Made by a program: the position numbers and the translations under genes. A model generated the notes under the pieces. It saw only the letters and a program-made list of their open reading frames with translations. It was not told where the DNA came from and made no database searches. From NCBI GenBank assembly GCA_001821765.1, contig MHOA01000007.1:9565-73564 (forward strand): a DNA stretch of 64,000 bases, in the 5' to 3' direction. Below are positions 20,258 to 30,294 of this stretch, one piece after another. Every line of letters starts with the position of its first letter. The first letter of the stretch is position 1. This stretch comes from Candidatus Ryanbacteria bacterium RIFCSPLOWO2_12_FULL_44_26. Lineage in GTDB: Bacteria > Patescibacteriota > Minisyncoccia > Ryanbacterales > HO2-45-13.

Positions 20258-23200
20258 CGCGCCTCTTTTACAGTAAATAGTTCTCCGCGAGTTCTACCGA
20301 AGTTTTCAGGAAAGTACATTTCACTTGCGACGGCAGGCAGATGGTGAAATGTTCCAGGAACAAGGGCACGTACAAAATATTCATATTCGTATACACCGGG
20401 AGCAAGGCGTTCTTTGAAGAGAAAGGCGCGATCATCATGTAACTCATCTGCATCCGGGTAGAGAGGAGATACGATTTTTACTTGCCTGCCATAAAAATCG
20501 TCTTCGAGTTCACCTTCAACGGCTGGAGAAACGGCAGGCCCGTCCAGTCTAAAGAATCGACGAAATGACGACCAAATATTTGCAAGACCGGGATTACTCA
20601 ACATACCGACCCCGCCCTCATAATAATCGTCGTTATAGTAATTATCATAGTAGTAATCATTTCCAGGAAATTCACTTTGTAGAGATTGATCTTCTGTGGC
20701 GAGACTCAAATTCACAATCTCCATACCAGCAGGAATGTAATCTTCAATCGACACAAAGTTTCTCTGATGCGGGGTAGCGATCACAAGACGAACCCTAAGC
20801 ATATCTCCCTGAGTAGCTTCGAGTATTGGGGTTTCTCTTTCCTCATCATCAACTCTATAGAACTCACGAGTTACGGAAAAGCCTTCATCACGAGGTGGAA
20901 TATTTTCCACGGGCAAGTAATATTTCAGCAGGATGTCGTAGTAGTAATTATTTGGCATCTCGTTTTTGTTTGTCTTTGTCAAAGTAAACGACCTCAATTT
21001 TCCAAGACCTAGGTCTTGGGTGGAAATAAACTTTGTGAACGTCTTAAAAATTGAATCTTTTTTGAAAGTAAAGGTTGCTTGTGGGTTTGTATCGAGAGAA
21101 AGATTAAGATCAAACTCTGACTCGGTTTCCTGTTTCCATAAGAGAAAATCGGTAAATGCATCGACAACGGCAATAGTATTATTCGTAGAACCCCATGCGC
21201 CATCTTTCGCCCTGCTTCGCAAGATCCACCGCAGTACTTTATCAATCACTGGATTATCACGCTCATCAACAGCTAATGCTTTTAGATACAGTGCGGTGTC
21301 TTTAACTGGAGTTTCATAAAATTGATAGAGTGTATTTGCTACATTCGGCCTTATCGATGCTCCTCGAGAATCAATAACAAGTTTATTCTCAAGCGCGGTG
21401 AAGACATTGTTCGCGAGATCCTGGGAAGCACTACCCGATAGAATGAGAGCTAAATATGTAAGACTTGTGTTTGAAGCTTTCTCGCTCACATACTGCTGAT
21501 TACGAGCAAGCGTTAAAGTCTTGTTTCGTATTTCCCCGTCATAGTTGTGGCCATAAATACGAGAAAGCGTGTAATCGCTCAAAATAACAAGATCGTTGTT
21601 ATCCCGAAGCTCATTTTTTTGACGAAGTTGCCCGCGAAGAAATGTTCCTGCACGATCGATCCGCGAAGCATCAATGTCGTAGCCGGCTTCTTTAAGATCT
21701 ACTAAGGCAGTTACGACATGAAGGGTTAGATAGTAATTAGAGGGCATGCCCTTGTAATATGAAAACCCTCCGTCTGATGATTGATTTTCATATAGCCGTG
21801 CAAGACCAATACGAACCACATCGTCAGGAGAATAGGTTTGCCCCTCAAATGTTACATTATCAAGTGTGAATGCATCACCAATGTTTTTTAGAGAGAGCCC
21901 ACGCCTGAGAATACCAAGAGCGCTTAACTTGCTTGCGATCTGCTCACTACAACCGTATGGGTATTCAACCAGGTAATTAAGAGCATCGGAAAGGAATACA
22001 GCAAGTGTAGCGCTAGTTTTTACTTCAAGACCACCACGATCAGGAATAACATTCGGGGGTAGATATATATACTCTCGTGTTGTTGCAACGTCCGTATATG
22101 CTGCGGTTGCAACTGATTCATACGTATTGTTTCGTGTGATGCTTATCGAATTCTCGACGGTATCCTCGTAGTCACTGTTCTTGGCAGAAACGATGAATGT
22201 ATGCGATCCATCCTGTACTGCTTGTGGTGCTTCAACTGGGAAATACACGGTCATAGAGTCATGTGCATTCAATGTTATTGAGAGTTCCTTCTTCCCAGTC
22301 AGAATAAGGCCGCCACCTTCAAGAGAGACGTCGAGTTTCTGGCGATTCTCTGTTTCATTAAATACTTGGGCACCAATGAAGAACGCGTCACCCGGGACAA
22401 TAAAGCGGGGTCTTAGTGGCACTACTGTCACTTCCTTCTGCGCCTTAAATTCCCGATACCCAACACCGACTTTGGAATCTTTTGTGATACCAACAGATTC
22501 GATTTGCCACGTTGTTAAGTTATCCGGCAAGATGAATGAAACTCTTGCTCGACCGCTTGTATCAGTGCGAACTATGCCCTCCCAATATGCGGTGTCTTTG
22601 AATACACCTCGTTTTTTCTTTGCCGGATCCTCACCGCCGCCGCTACCACCTTTCGTGCCAGTGGGTATATCAACTTCGTGTAATATATTTTTAATATTTG
22701 AAGCGGTACTCACCGTGAGCGGAGTTCCTCGATAGAAAAAGAGTACTGGGTTCTTCTTTGGATTTCCCTTGAGCGCGAGTACACTCATATCAACAACTGC
22801 AAGAGAAACCTCCGTCTCTAACGATCTGCCAAATTTATCCTTTGTTTCAACGTTGAGCTCAACCGTTTCCCCAGGAAGATAACTATTTTTATTGGACTGA
22901 ACGTTTATATCAATTTCTCGTTCTTTTGTGTTTACTTGATATTGAATCTGATTATGTTTGATCTCTGGTTCTGGAGATAAGAGAAGAACGGAACCGAATA
23001 CATTCGGAATATGCTCATCTTTCACCTGAAATACATACTCTGTTAAATTGTTGACTATAGAAATAATCTCATAGTGAAATACCTTGCCGCGCTCAAGGGT
23101 TACAAGAGCTTTTGCACGCTCATATGGAGACTTGATAATTATTTTTACTTGATCGCCAACATTAACCTCCGCCTTATTTGTTGCAAGTTCGAGCGTTTCG

Positions 23201-26200
23201 TTATTGGTTGGTCGTATGCTTACACTTCCTCTTCCCGAGACATAAAGATCGTATGTTGCAACAACGCGGTTACCACGATCATCATTCCCTGCTACAAAAA
23301 CCTCATATTCTCCTGGCGTTTCAAGAGAAAACTCATAAGAAGCGTCCCCATTTCCGTTCGTCCTGAGAGTTGTCTTTTTGACGGTCTCTTTTTTCTGTTC
23401 GGTTCTATAGTAATAGTTGCCATCTACTTCCCGACGCTTAAACGACTCCCAAGTAACTTTCTTAATCTCAAGCTCGAGCCCGCCAACTGATATTGGCGCA
23501 CCCTTCACATCGACAGTTTTTATACGTGCCGTTGTGCTTTCGTTTTGACCGAGAAAACTTCGATCAAGATTAATGCCTGTGTAGTGCCCCCCGCGGTGAA
23601 CAATGAATGATTTTTGAGTCGAAATAGATTGGCCATTCCTATTCCTTACCGTTACGTTGAGTGTGAATATCTTGCTTCTTACACTTTCCTCTTCTTTAAA
23701 TAACTTTTCAAAATCAAGCTTCTGTTCAAGCGACGCACTCCCGTCAGTTCCAAGAGGAACACTGCCTCGTAAGATGTATGTATCACCATAATAGCCATCA
23801 AACCCGTAGTACCAGGGATTCCCGAACCTAAAGTATTGATCACGGTAACGGTCAAAAAAGAAGTCCTGACTTGAAAGCGAGTATTCAACAGTCCCGCTCT
23901 CCACTGGAACGCCAAAGAAGTATTCAGCATTCACAGCGATATGAGCAGTATCGCCCGCAACATATTCTTCTTGATTGGTTTTTGCTTCAACATTAAACGC
24001 TGCGGGTACGTACTCTTCTACATCAAACGACACGTAACCACCGAGTGCCGAGATAGAGTACGTTCCAAGTGGGGCATTTGCGTCCAATGTGAAATTGGCA
24101 GTAAATGTTCCGTATTCACTTACATCTACAGACTGCTTGGAGACAGTTTCATACTTGCTATTTCGGATTTCTATTTCTGCTTTCTTGCCACGATATATCT
24201 CATACTCATCATCATATCCAAGACGAAAGATTCCTTTAATAAAGACCTGGTGGCCCGGGCGGTAAATAGGGCGGTCCGTATAGAGATACGTTCGTTCAGC
24301 AGCCTGAGCAGTTGATGCGTACTGTAGCTTATCGTAACTAGAGGCGACAATCGCGCTGTCACCACCCTTTCGAACGATGGCAGCCATAAGATTATCGAAC
24401 GTATTCGTAAGTGCAATACCATCGTTACCTGTAAAGTAAGAGCCGACGGCTTCCTGATTTTTGCGATAGAGAGTCACTTGTGCACCAGCGACTGGGGCAA
24501 GACTCCCAATTTCGGAAACCCAATAGAGATTTTGTGGGGTTTGTGATAATAAAACATTCGTTAACACATCTTTGCTCGCGGAAGCGCTACCAAAGTCTCG
24601 CCGCTCAATTTTTTTCTCTTGGACCGCAAGGTGTGTTATGGAAAGATATGATTTTTCATAAAGCGCCTGGTCAACCCTCTCCTCATACTTTCTCTCTTGT
24701 GCATTCCATATGCGGTGCACTCTCCTATAATCAGGGTGACTAAACGTTAAAACATAGTGCCCGAGCGAGTCTCCGATATAATTCTTGAGATTGACTTGGA
24801 AGTAACTACGTGACCAGTATTTCCTTGGTAAATTGATGCGATCTTGAATTGTGTTTATACAATTCAATGTACTTGGTGGCGACGTAATTTCTGGTCTGTC
24901 TTCGATATACGATAACATTACTTCTGGTGAGACTTCGCATATGTGTAAGTTGACGTATTCTAGGTTATCTGAAGCAAAGGTCAGTTTTGTACGTCCCGGA
25001 GAAGTAATGTTGTACATGCCTTGCATCTGATAGAAGGTACGATCAAACGAAGTCAATTTGCCACTCGTGAAGCTTACCTTTCTCGATATACTTTGACCAA
25101 AATCATCAAGAAGATTCAATGTGATTTCATAGGGAAACTCGGGCACAAGACCGTACAAGATTGTGTTTTCAAACTGCCCAACCTCACATGCAACCTCCGA
25201 GGTTTTCTCGCGTACCCTATATGGCCCGTACCAATTCCACAATCCGATAGTCACATTACTCTTAACGCGCTCGTAAAAAACTTCTTCATCAGGAACAGTG
25301 AGCGGGTTTGATGTGCAGACCTTTAATGCCTTCAAATCAGCGCCCTGAGCACCACTTTCGGGAGAAGTTTTGTATATAACAAGATCGGGGAACGTTTTAA
25401 CGGTTCTCGTTATTGTTTCTGCGTTGAGTTGTAACCCGGCTGTATTGTATATGCGCTTAAATTCTATAGATATTGATTGTCCGCGTTGCAATTTTGACTC
25501 GTCAAATTTGATAGAAACCCGCTTTCTATCTGGAACTTTTTCACAATTACTACCGTATGAGACTTCCTCGCCCGCATCTGGTTCGCGGCATTTCTCGCCA
25601 TATTCGATACTTGAAATGTGATCCGCCGAAATGAAACTCGCATCCTTATCTATATCTTCAAAAAATGAAACCCAAATCTTTCCTTGGGGATCAAAAAGAT
25701 CTGATTCAGCAAACTGTGTGCGAGGCGATTCAGCCGATACCGTGTCTATAATGTCTGTCGTTTGCATTGCTCCCGCACGTACCTGATTGAGGTCTATATC
25801 TCCTTCAAGTGGATATGCTTTCTTTAAAGTATACGTGTACCCAGTATTAAAATCCCAAAATTGTTTACGCCCATGCTGATCAGCTTCGTTGTAAATCTCA
25901 AGTATTGATTTATCGAGTTTGCGTATTCGCTTTCCAGATGCATCATCATGTACAAACCGAGATCCATAAGAAGCGATAAAATTAACCCGATCATTCCCAC
26001 GCTTTAGAGTAAGTTCGCCTTTCGTTCGCTCGATATTGATCGGTTGATTAAAAACAATGCGAATTGGTTCGTTATATAATGTTTTCGAACTATTATGATT
26101 TTGTGGGATCTCACCTTCATAACGGAGTGGCCATGTAATAAATGCATACTCTTTTTCGTTTACCGAAAGACCATCCGTTGAAACAAAGCCAGACTTCACA

Positions 26201-26895
26201 CGGACCGTGTAGTGAGACGAACGCTGCAGGCGACTCTCTGGAATAAACTGTAGATCACGTGTCGTAATCCATTTGAATTTACCAGGAGTTGTTGGATGTA
26301 TCTCGACAGGAATATTTTCTTCAGACAAAACATCAAGCGCGGTAAGGGGAACCATTGGCCTATTAAATATAATTGTTATTTCGGAGTATTCCGACGCTTC
26401 CGACCCTCCTGCAGGAAAAATGGATATTACCTTCGGATCTTCATCCGCAAGAAAGTCCTTTTCGAGGCGTATTTCGTTCGTTGCCAGAATAACTGTATAG
26501 TATTTTCCAAGTTCAAGTTTCTCTTTCGGTTGATACACCAGCTCGTCATCCTTATTGCCAGCCCTCCAATCACCAGCAACAGCGGGCTCGAACGTCACTT
26601 TAGTGCTTGCTTCGGCGACGTTGAATTTGATGCCTTCGGGTAACCGCACCACAATAGCAGCGCTTTGTGAGATTTTATCCGGAACAAGCGTATAAATTTC
26701 TTCGTACCCGCCCTGTAGATTGCCTCCGTATTTTTGGAATATAAAAAAACCGCCGATGACGATTACCGCAAACACACCTAAAACCACTTCCCATTTTTTG
26801 AGGTGAAAATGATGTGGTTCTGGTGTTTGCACTTGGGCGGGAATGTTGGGTTGAGGTGGATTTACTGGCAAGCTAAGTCCTGTCGACTCATCCAT
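20254..26895 (-). CDS. Bacterial alpha-2-macroglobulin with N-terminal Ig-like domains
   Basis: YTDRPIYRPG, FDVEEY, LAVVDMSVL, LPDNLTTW, thioester motif YPYGCSEQ, C-terminal EMYFPENFGR; N-terminal TM anchor. Confidence 0.93.
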   Translation of the reverse strand: MDESTGLSLPVNPPQPNIPAQVQTPEPHHFHLKKWEVVLGVFAVIVIGGFFIFQKYGGNLQGGYEEIYTLVPDKISQSAAIVVRLPEGIKFNVAEASTKVTFEPAVAGDWRAGNKDDELVYQPKEKLELGKYYTVILATNEIRLEKDFLADEDPKVISIFPAGGSEASEYSEITIIFNRPMVPLTALDVLSEENIPVEIHPTTPGKFKWITTRDLQFIPESRLQRSSHYTVRVKSGFVSTDGLSVNEKEYAFITWPLRYEGEIPQNHNSSKTLYNEPIRIVFNQPINIERTKGELTLKRGNDRVNFIASYGSRFVHDDASGKRIRKLDKSILEIYNEADQHGRKQFWDFNTGYTYTLKKAYPLEGDIDLNQVRAGAMQTTDIIDTVSAESPRTQFAESDLFDPQGKIWVSFFEDIDKDASFISADHISSIEYGEKCREPDAGEEVSYGSNCEKVPDRKRVSIKFDESKLQRGQSISIEFKRIYNTAGLQLNAETITRTVKTFPDLVIYKTSPESGAQGADLKALKVCTSNPLTVPDEEVFYERVKSNVTIGLWNWYGPYRVREKTSEVACEVGQFENTILYGLVPEFPYEITLNLLDDFGQSISRKVSFTSGKLTSFDRTFYQMQGMYNITSPGRTKLTFASDNLEYVNLHICEVSPEVMLSYIEDRPEITSPPSTLNCINTIQDRINLPRKYWSRSYFQVNLKNYIGDSLGHYVLTFSHPDYRRVHRIWNAQERKYEERVDQALYEKSYLSITHLAVQEKKIERRDFGSASASKDVLTNVLLSQTPQNLYWVSEIGSLAPVAGAQVTLYRKNQEAVGSYFTGNDGIALTNTFDNLMAAIVRKGGDSAIVASSYDKLQYASTAQAAERTYLYTDRPIYRPGHQVFIKGIFRLGYDDEYEIYRGKKAEIEIRNSKYETVSKQSVDVSEYGTFTANFTLDANAPLGTYSISALGGYVSFDVEEYVPAAFNVEAKTNQEEYVAGDTAHIAVNAEYFFGVPVESGTVEYSLSSQDFFFDRYRDQYFRFGNPWYYGFDGYYGDTYILRGSVPLGTDGSASLEQKLDFEKLFKEEESVRSKIFTLNVTVRNRNGQSISTQKSFIVHRGGHYTGINLDRSFLGQNESTTARIKTVDVKGAPISVGGLELEIKKVTWESFKRREVDGNYYYRTEQKKETVKKTTLRTNGNGDASYEFSLETPGEYEVFVAGNDDRGNRVVATYDLYVSGRGSVSIRPTNNETLELATNKAEVNVGDQVKIIIKSPYERAKALVTLERGKVFHYEIISIVNNLTEYVFQVKDEHIPNVFGSVLLLSPEPEIKHNQIQYQVNTKEREIDINVQSNKNSYLPGETVELNVETKDKFGRSLETEVSLAVVDMSVLALKGNPKKNPVLFFYRGTPLTVSTASNIKNILHEVDIPTGTKGGSGGGEDPAKKKRGVFKDTAYWEGIVRTDTSGRARVSFILPDNLTTWQIESVGITKDSKVGVGYREFKAQKEVTVVPLRPRFIVPGDAFFIGAQVFNETENRQKLDVSLEGGGLILTGKKELSITLNAHDSMTVYFPVEAPQAVQDGSHTFIVSAKNSDYEDTVENSISITRNNTYESVATAAYTDVATTREYIYLPPNVIPDRGGLEVKTSATLAVFLSDALNYLVEYPYGCSEQIASKLSALGILRRGLSLKNIGDAFTLDNVTFEGQTYSPDDVVRIGLARLYENQSSDGGFSYYKGMPSNYYLTLHVVTALVDLKEAGYDIDASRIDRAGTFLRGQLRQKNELRDNNDLVILSDYTLSRIYGHNYDGEIRNKTLTLARNQQYVSEKASNTSLTYLALILSGSASQDLANNVFTALENKLVIDSRGASIRPNVANTLYQFYETPVKDTALYLKALAVDERDNPVIDKVLRWILRSRAKDGAWGSTNNTIAVVDAFTDFLLWKQETESEFDLNLSLDTNPQATFTFKKDSIFKTFTKFISTQDLGLGKLRSFTLTKTNKNEMPNNYYYDILLKYYLPVENIPPRDEGFSVTREFYRVDDEERETPILEATQGDMLRVRLVIATPHQRNFVSIEDYIPAGMEIVNLSLATEDQSLQSEFPGNDYYYDNYYNDDYYEGGVGMLSNPGLANIWSSFRRFFRLDGPAVSPAVEGELEDDFYGRQVKIVSPLYPDADELHDDRAFLFKERLAPGVYEYEYFVRALVPGTFHHLPAVASEMYFPENFGRTRGELFTVKEAR

Positions 26896-27157
26896 GTAAT
26901 TTATTATCCTTCAAAATCAAAAACTATTCTAGGAACTGAGCGAACATTGTCTTCACTCCTCAAGAGGGTTCACGGAATGGCGAATCTTAATTCAATAACC
27001 TACCCAAATTGTCTATCCTACAAATCCTTATTTTCCCTTTGGATACGGCTCGCAGCCGGTATGTGATGACGGAAGAGTATCGTGTAGTTCCTCGATGCTC
27101 CTCGAGCGGGAGAACCTATCACGAGTTGGTCTTTCGGCTGTGCTCATAGCCAAAGTC

Positions 27158-27424
27158 CTAGCTCAAGTTATTGATTAAGTTTAATTTCTTTTCTCTACGC
27201 CAACCTTTGAATTCCCTTTCTCGTCTTCGGGCCTCAACTAAAGTTTTAAAATTTTCTGAGTACACAAGTATAACTGGTCGCCTAATTTTTGTGTATTGTG
27301 CGCCGCGTTTTGATTCGTTGTGCTGTTTGATTCGTTTTTCCAGATTATTAGTACACCCAACGTAAAGCGACCTGTCGGCACATTCTAAAATGTAGACGAA
27401 ATAATTCATACTATTTTTTGGCAC
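27158..27424 (-). CDS. GIY-YIG nuclease (UPF0213/YhbQ-like)
   Basis: YFVYILECADRSLYVGCTNNLEKRIKQHN..GAQYTKIRRP..ARRRERE FKGW; the real start may be ATG 27409. Confidence 0.88.
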   Translation of the reverse strand: MPKNSMNYFVYILECADRSLYVGCTNNLEKRIKQHNESKRGAQYTKIRRPVILVYSENFKTLVEARRREREFKGWRREKKLNLINNLS

Positions 27425-27459
27425 CTCGTTTCACCCCTCGGTCTGAGAAACCTCGGGAT

Positions 27460-27611
27460 CGAAGACTCAGTGTCTTCGTCGCTTTTATTATTAAAAAGGC
27501 AGAAGGCTCTGATGAGCGGAATAATGCATCCCTCACATTCGTTCGGGAACTTCTCCTCGCTTTTGATTTAGAAGGTCGAAGACACTGAGACGAGTGTAGC
27601 GAGTCGAAGTG
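27460..27611. repeat. REP-like palindromic cluster between the GIY-YIG gene and tRNA-Gln
   Basis: 13-bp inverted pair CTCAGTGTCTTCG (27466-27478) / CGAAGACACTGAG (27577-27589); recurring (G)TCGAAG units. Confidence 0.55.
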
Positions 27612-27682
27612 CTGCCGGGCTAGGATTCGAACCTAGGTGACGACGTCCAGAGCGTCGCATCCTACCGCTAGATGACCCGGCA
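27612..27682 (-). tRNA. tRNA-Gln(CTG), CCA not encoded
   Basis: Reverse complement TGCCGGGTCATCTAGCGGTAGGATG-CGACG-CTCTGGA-CGTCG-TCACCTAGGTTCGAATCCTAGCCCGGCAG. Confidence 0.93.
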
Positions 27683-27771
27683 ATGACACACTACACATTA
27701 ACAAATATTTTAATGAATAGAAATACTTGGTTTAATAATCAAAAATCCATTGGTAACATTCATTAAAAAAG

Positions 27772-27935
27772 AAAAAGAGCTCAGGTAAAGCATTGCCCTA
27801 AGCCATCTTATCTTCTTTGAGGCGGAGGACGTCTTTTAGCAGATGTATAAAGATTTATCTGTCAGACTGTAAGCGCGGCTACACCTTACCGCCCACCCCA
27901 TAGCGCATCTAGCGGGGATTACGCATCCGGCATTA
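27772..27935 (-). ncRNA. Candidate structured non-coding RNA, family not recognised
   Basis: GC-rich patch in an AT-rich intergenic region with several helices and a minus-strand terminator (CTTAGGGCA...TACCTGAG then CTCTTTTTC). Confidence 0.4.
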
Positions 27936-28105
27936 ACATTTACTTATCACATGTACTGCCGCTTTTCTTCCAGTGGTTCCTGTTTCTGGATTTTTTGGTT
28001 TATAGAGAGGAAATAGCTTAACAAATTTATTGAGTCTGTTACACTAAATGACAGCGTAGGCGCGCTTCTTATTTGTAATTTGTAATAAAGTGGCATAAGA
28101 ACATT

Positions 28106-29467
28106 ATGTATCAACAAGTAAGATCTGCGCTGGTTGTGATAATTTTGGCAACGGTAGGCATATTGGCTCTTGGTGGTATTTATTTTTATCAAAACAAGGC
28201 CGAACAGGTAAAGACACGGCGAATAGAGACGCTTCGGGAAACGCTTGAACGGGAAGCGAAAACAGGAGTGGACGGGCAAATATTACCTGACGATTTTCCT
28301 ACACCCGCCCCTGATCATCGTGAAGCTGGCAAAAACGAGAACAGCGGGAAGGAAATTGTCATCCCCCCTGTAAGTGAACCACTCAACCATTTAAAAATAA
28401 GGGAGATCATCGCGAAAAGTGTCCAGTGGTTTAAGGAAGCCCAGGAACAAAGCGGCCATTTTCGCTATGAATACGCGCCATTTATGAATATATATGGAAG
28501 CGATGATAATATTGTTCGGCAAAGCGGAGCGCTTTACATACTTGGGGAGGTTTTCATAAGAGATCATAACAACAGATACACTCTTAAAGATACTTTAGAA
28601 AATGCTATATCGTATTTTACAGAAAGAACAGCGGAAGGTGAGTTAGATGGAACAACGTTTCTGTGTATTACAGATGGCGGCAATAACAGATGTACGCTCG
28701 GCACTTCAGGTTTGGCGCTCGTTGGAATTCTGGATTTGATTAAGAAACATCCTGAACTGGAAAGTCAGTACCGGCCGTTGATTGGTGGATATGCGAGTTA
28801 TATACTCGCCATGAAAAAGCCCAACGAAGGGTTTCGCGGGTATTATTATTTTGCAGGAGATCAAACGGCGAGCGAGTCGCCTTTTTCCAACGGAGAGGCG
28901 TTTTTAGCGCTGGTGAGATATTACGAAAATTATCCCTCTGACGAAGTCAAAACTGTCATTGATGATGCTTTTGATTACTTTAACACACAATACCGCCAGC
29001 AATGGGACGGCAACTTTTACCTTTGGGGGATGATGGCCATAAAGGATTTATATCGTGAAAATCTTAAACAGCAATATGTTGATTTCGTAAAAGAGTATAC
29101 GGACTGGCGGATTAGCGGACATAAGTCCAAACGACTTTCTGACCACAACAGGTGTGCTTACATTGAGGGGGTTATAAGCGCCTATTCTGTTTTAGAACCG
29201 GTTATCAATGATGATGAAAAACAGTATTACATTGAAGAAATAAATTTCTGGCTTTCTCAAAGCAGTAACTTGCAAGTGAAGGAACATGATACGCTTGACA
29301 TACACGCCGGCGGGGAGCGTACTGTCCTTAAGATAAAAAATCCCGAAAGGGCTGTTGGCGGATTTTTAACGGGATTGGGAAACCCCCTGCAAAGGATTGA
29401 TTTTACCCAGCACTGTTTAAGCTCCTATTTGCAGAAGCTGGTTGATATAGATAAAGAAGCCCTGTAG
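28106..29467 (+). CDS. Membrane-anchored alpha/alpha-toroid (six-hairpin glycosidase-like) protein
   Basis: N-terminal TM; DDNIVRQSGALY, FSNGEAFLAL and C-terminal RIDFTQHCLS segments; sits just before the glycan locus. Confidence 0.55.
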   Translation: MYQQVRSALVVIILATVGILALGGIYFYQNKAEQVKTRRIETLRETLEREAKTGVDGQILPDDFPTPAPDHREAGKNENSGKEIVIPPVSEPLNHLKIREIIAKSVQWFKEAQEQSGHFRYEYAPFMNIYGSDDNIVRQSGALYILGEVFIRDHNNRYTLKDTLENAISYFTERTAEGELDGTTFLCITDGGNNRCTLGTSGLALVGILDLIKKHPELESQYRPLIGGYASYILAMKKPNEGFRGYYYFAGDQTASESPFSNGEAFLALVRYYENYPSDEVKTVIDDAFDYFNTQYRQQWDGNFYLWGMMAIKDLYRENLKQQYVDFVKEYTDWRISGHKSKRLSDHNRCAYIEGVISAYSVLEPVINDDEKQYYIEEINFWLSQSSNLQVKEHDTLDIHAGGERTVLKIKNPERAVGGFLTGLGNPLQRIDFTQHCLSSYLQKLVDIDKEAL

Positions 29468-29523
29468 ATTTCTCGCCGCAAGAGTTTTAAAAGCCGCGTT
29501 TTTATGTATGATATACATATAAA

Positions 29524-30282
29524 ATGCAGCAAAATTACTTTGAACTAACCAAAGCAATCGCGTTGAGTGATTTTAAGCTTCGATATCACGGATCAGTTCT
29601 TGGTATTTTCTGGTCGTTTTTAAAGCCTCTTTTAACGTTCGGTGTCTTGTATCTTGTTTTCTCGGTGTTTATACGTTTTGACATAGAAAATTATGCTCTG
29701 TATCTGCTTCTCGGAATCATACTTTGGAATTTTTTTGCTGAAGCGACCATCCTTTCTCTCAACAGCCTTGCCGGCAAAGCGCCCGTTATTAAAAAGATCG
29801 CATTCCCAAGGAGCATCATTATTGTTTCCTCAACGCTGACGGCTCTTTTAAGTTTCTTTTTTAATATTGTTGTTTTTGGAATCTTTTTTCTTTTCTCGGA
29901 TTTATCTTTATCTATTTCAGCGCTTTTATTTGTTATATTTACTGTTTGCCTTTATTTTGTTGCGCTTGGGACGAGTTTTTTTATTTCGGCTTTAAACGCA
30001 AAGTTTAAGGATGTTCGCCATATCTGGGAAGTGCTTTTACAGCTCGGATTTTGGCTCACTCCTATTATTTATACGGTGAGCATGATTCCCGAGAAACTGC
30101 ATTGGTTTGTGTATCTAAATCCCATGACTCGGGTGATCCAGTATTCACGTGAGGCAATTTTGCAGCAGAAGGTTTCTAATCTAGATGGAGTGTTTGCACT
30201 TTTTTTAATGACCCTCATTATTTTTTTTATTGGCTACTATGTTTATAAAAAACGGTCGCCCTATTTTGCCGAAGAACTCTAA
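29524..30282 (+). CDS. wzm: Polysaccharide ABC-2 transporter permease Wzm
   Basis: DFKLRYHGSVLGIFWSFLKPL, IKKIAFPR, FWLTPIIY, LNPM. Confidence 0.9.
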   Translation: MQQNYFELTKAIALSDFKLRYHGSVLGIFWSFLKPLLTFGVLYLVFSVFIRFDIENYALYLLLGIILWNFFAEATILSLNSLAGKAPVIKKIAFPRSIIIVSSTLTALLSFFFNIVVFGIFFLFSDLSLSISALLFVIFTVCLYFVALGTSFFISALNAKFKDVRHIWEVLLQLGFWLTPIIYTVSMIPEKLHWFVYLNPMTRVIQYSREAILQQKVSNLDGVFALFLMTLIIFFIGYYVYKKRSPYFAEEL

Positions 30283-30294
30283 TTAAATAACTAG

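Noticed and set aside
16126-27682. Integrated prophage or ICE at tRNA-Gln
   Set aside because: No integrase, no phage or conjugation genes, and I found no duplicated tRNA 3' end (att site).
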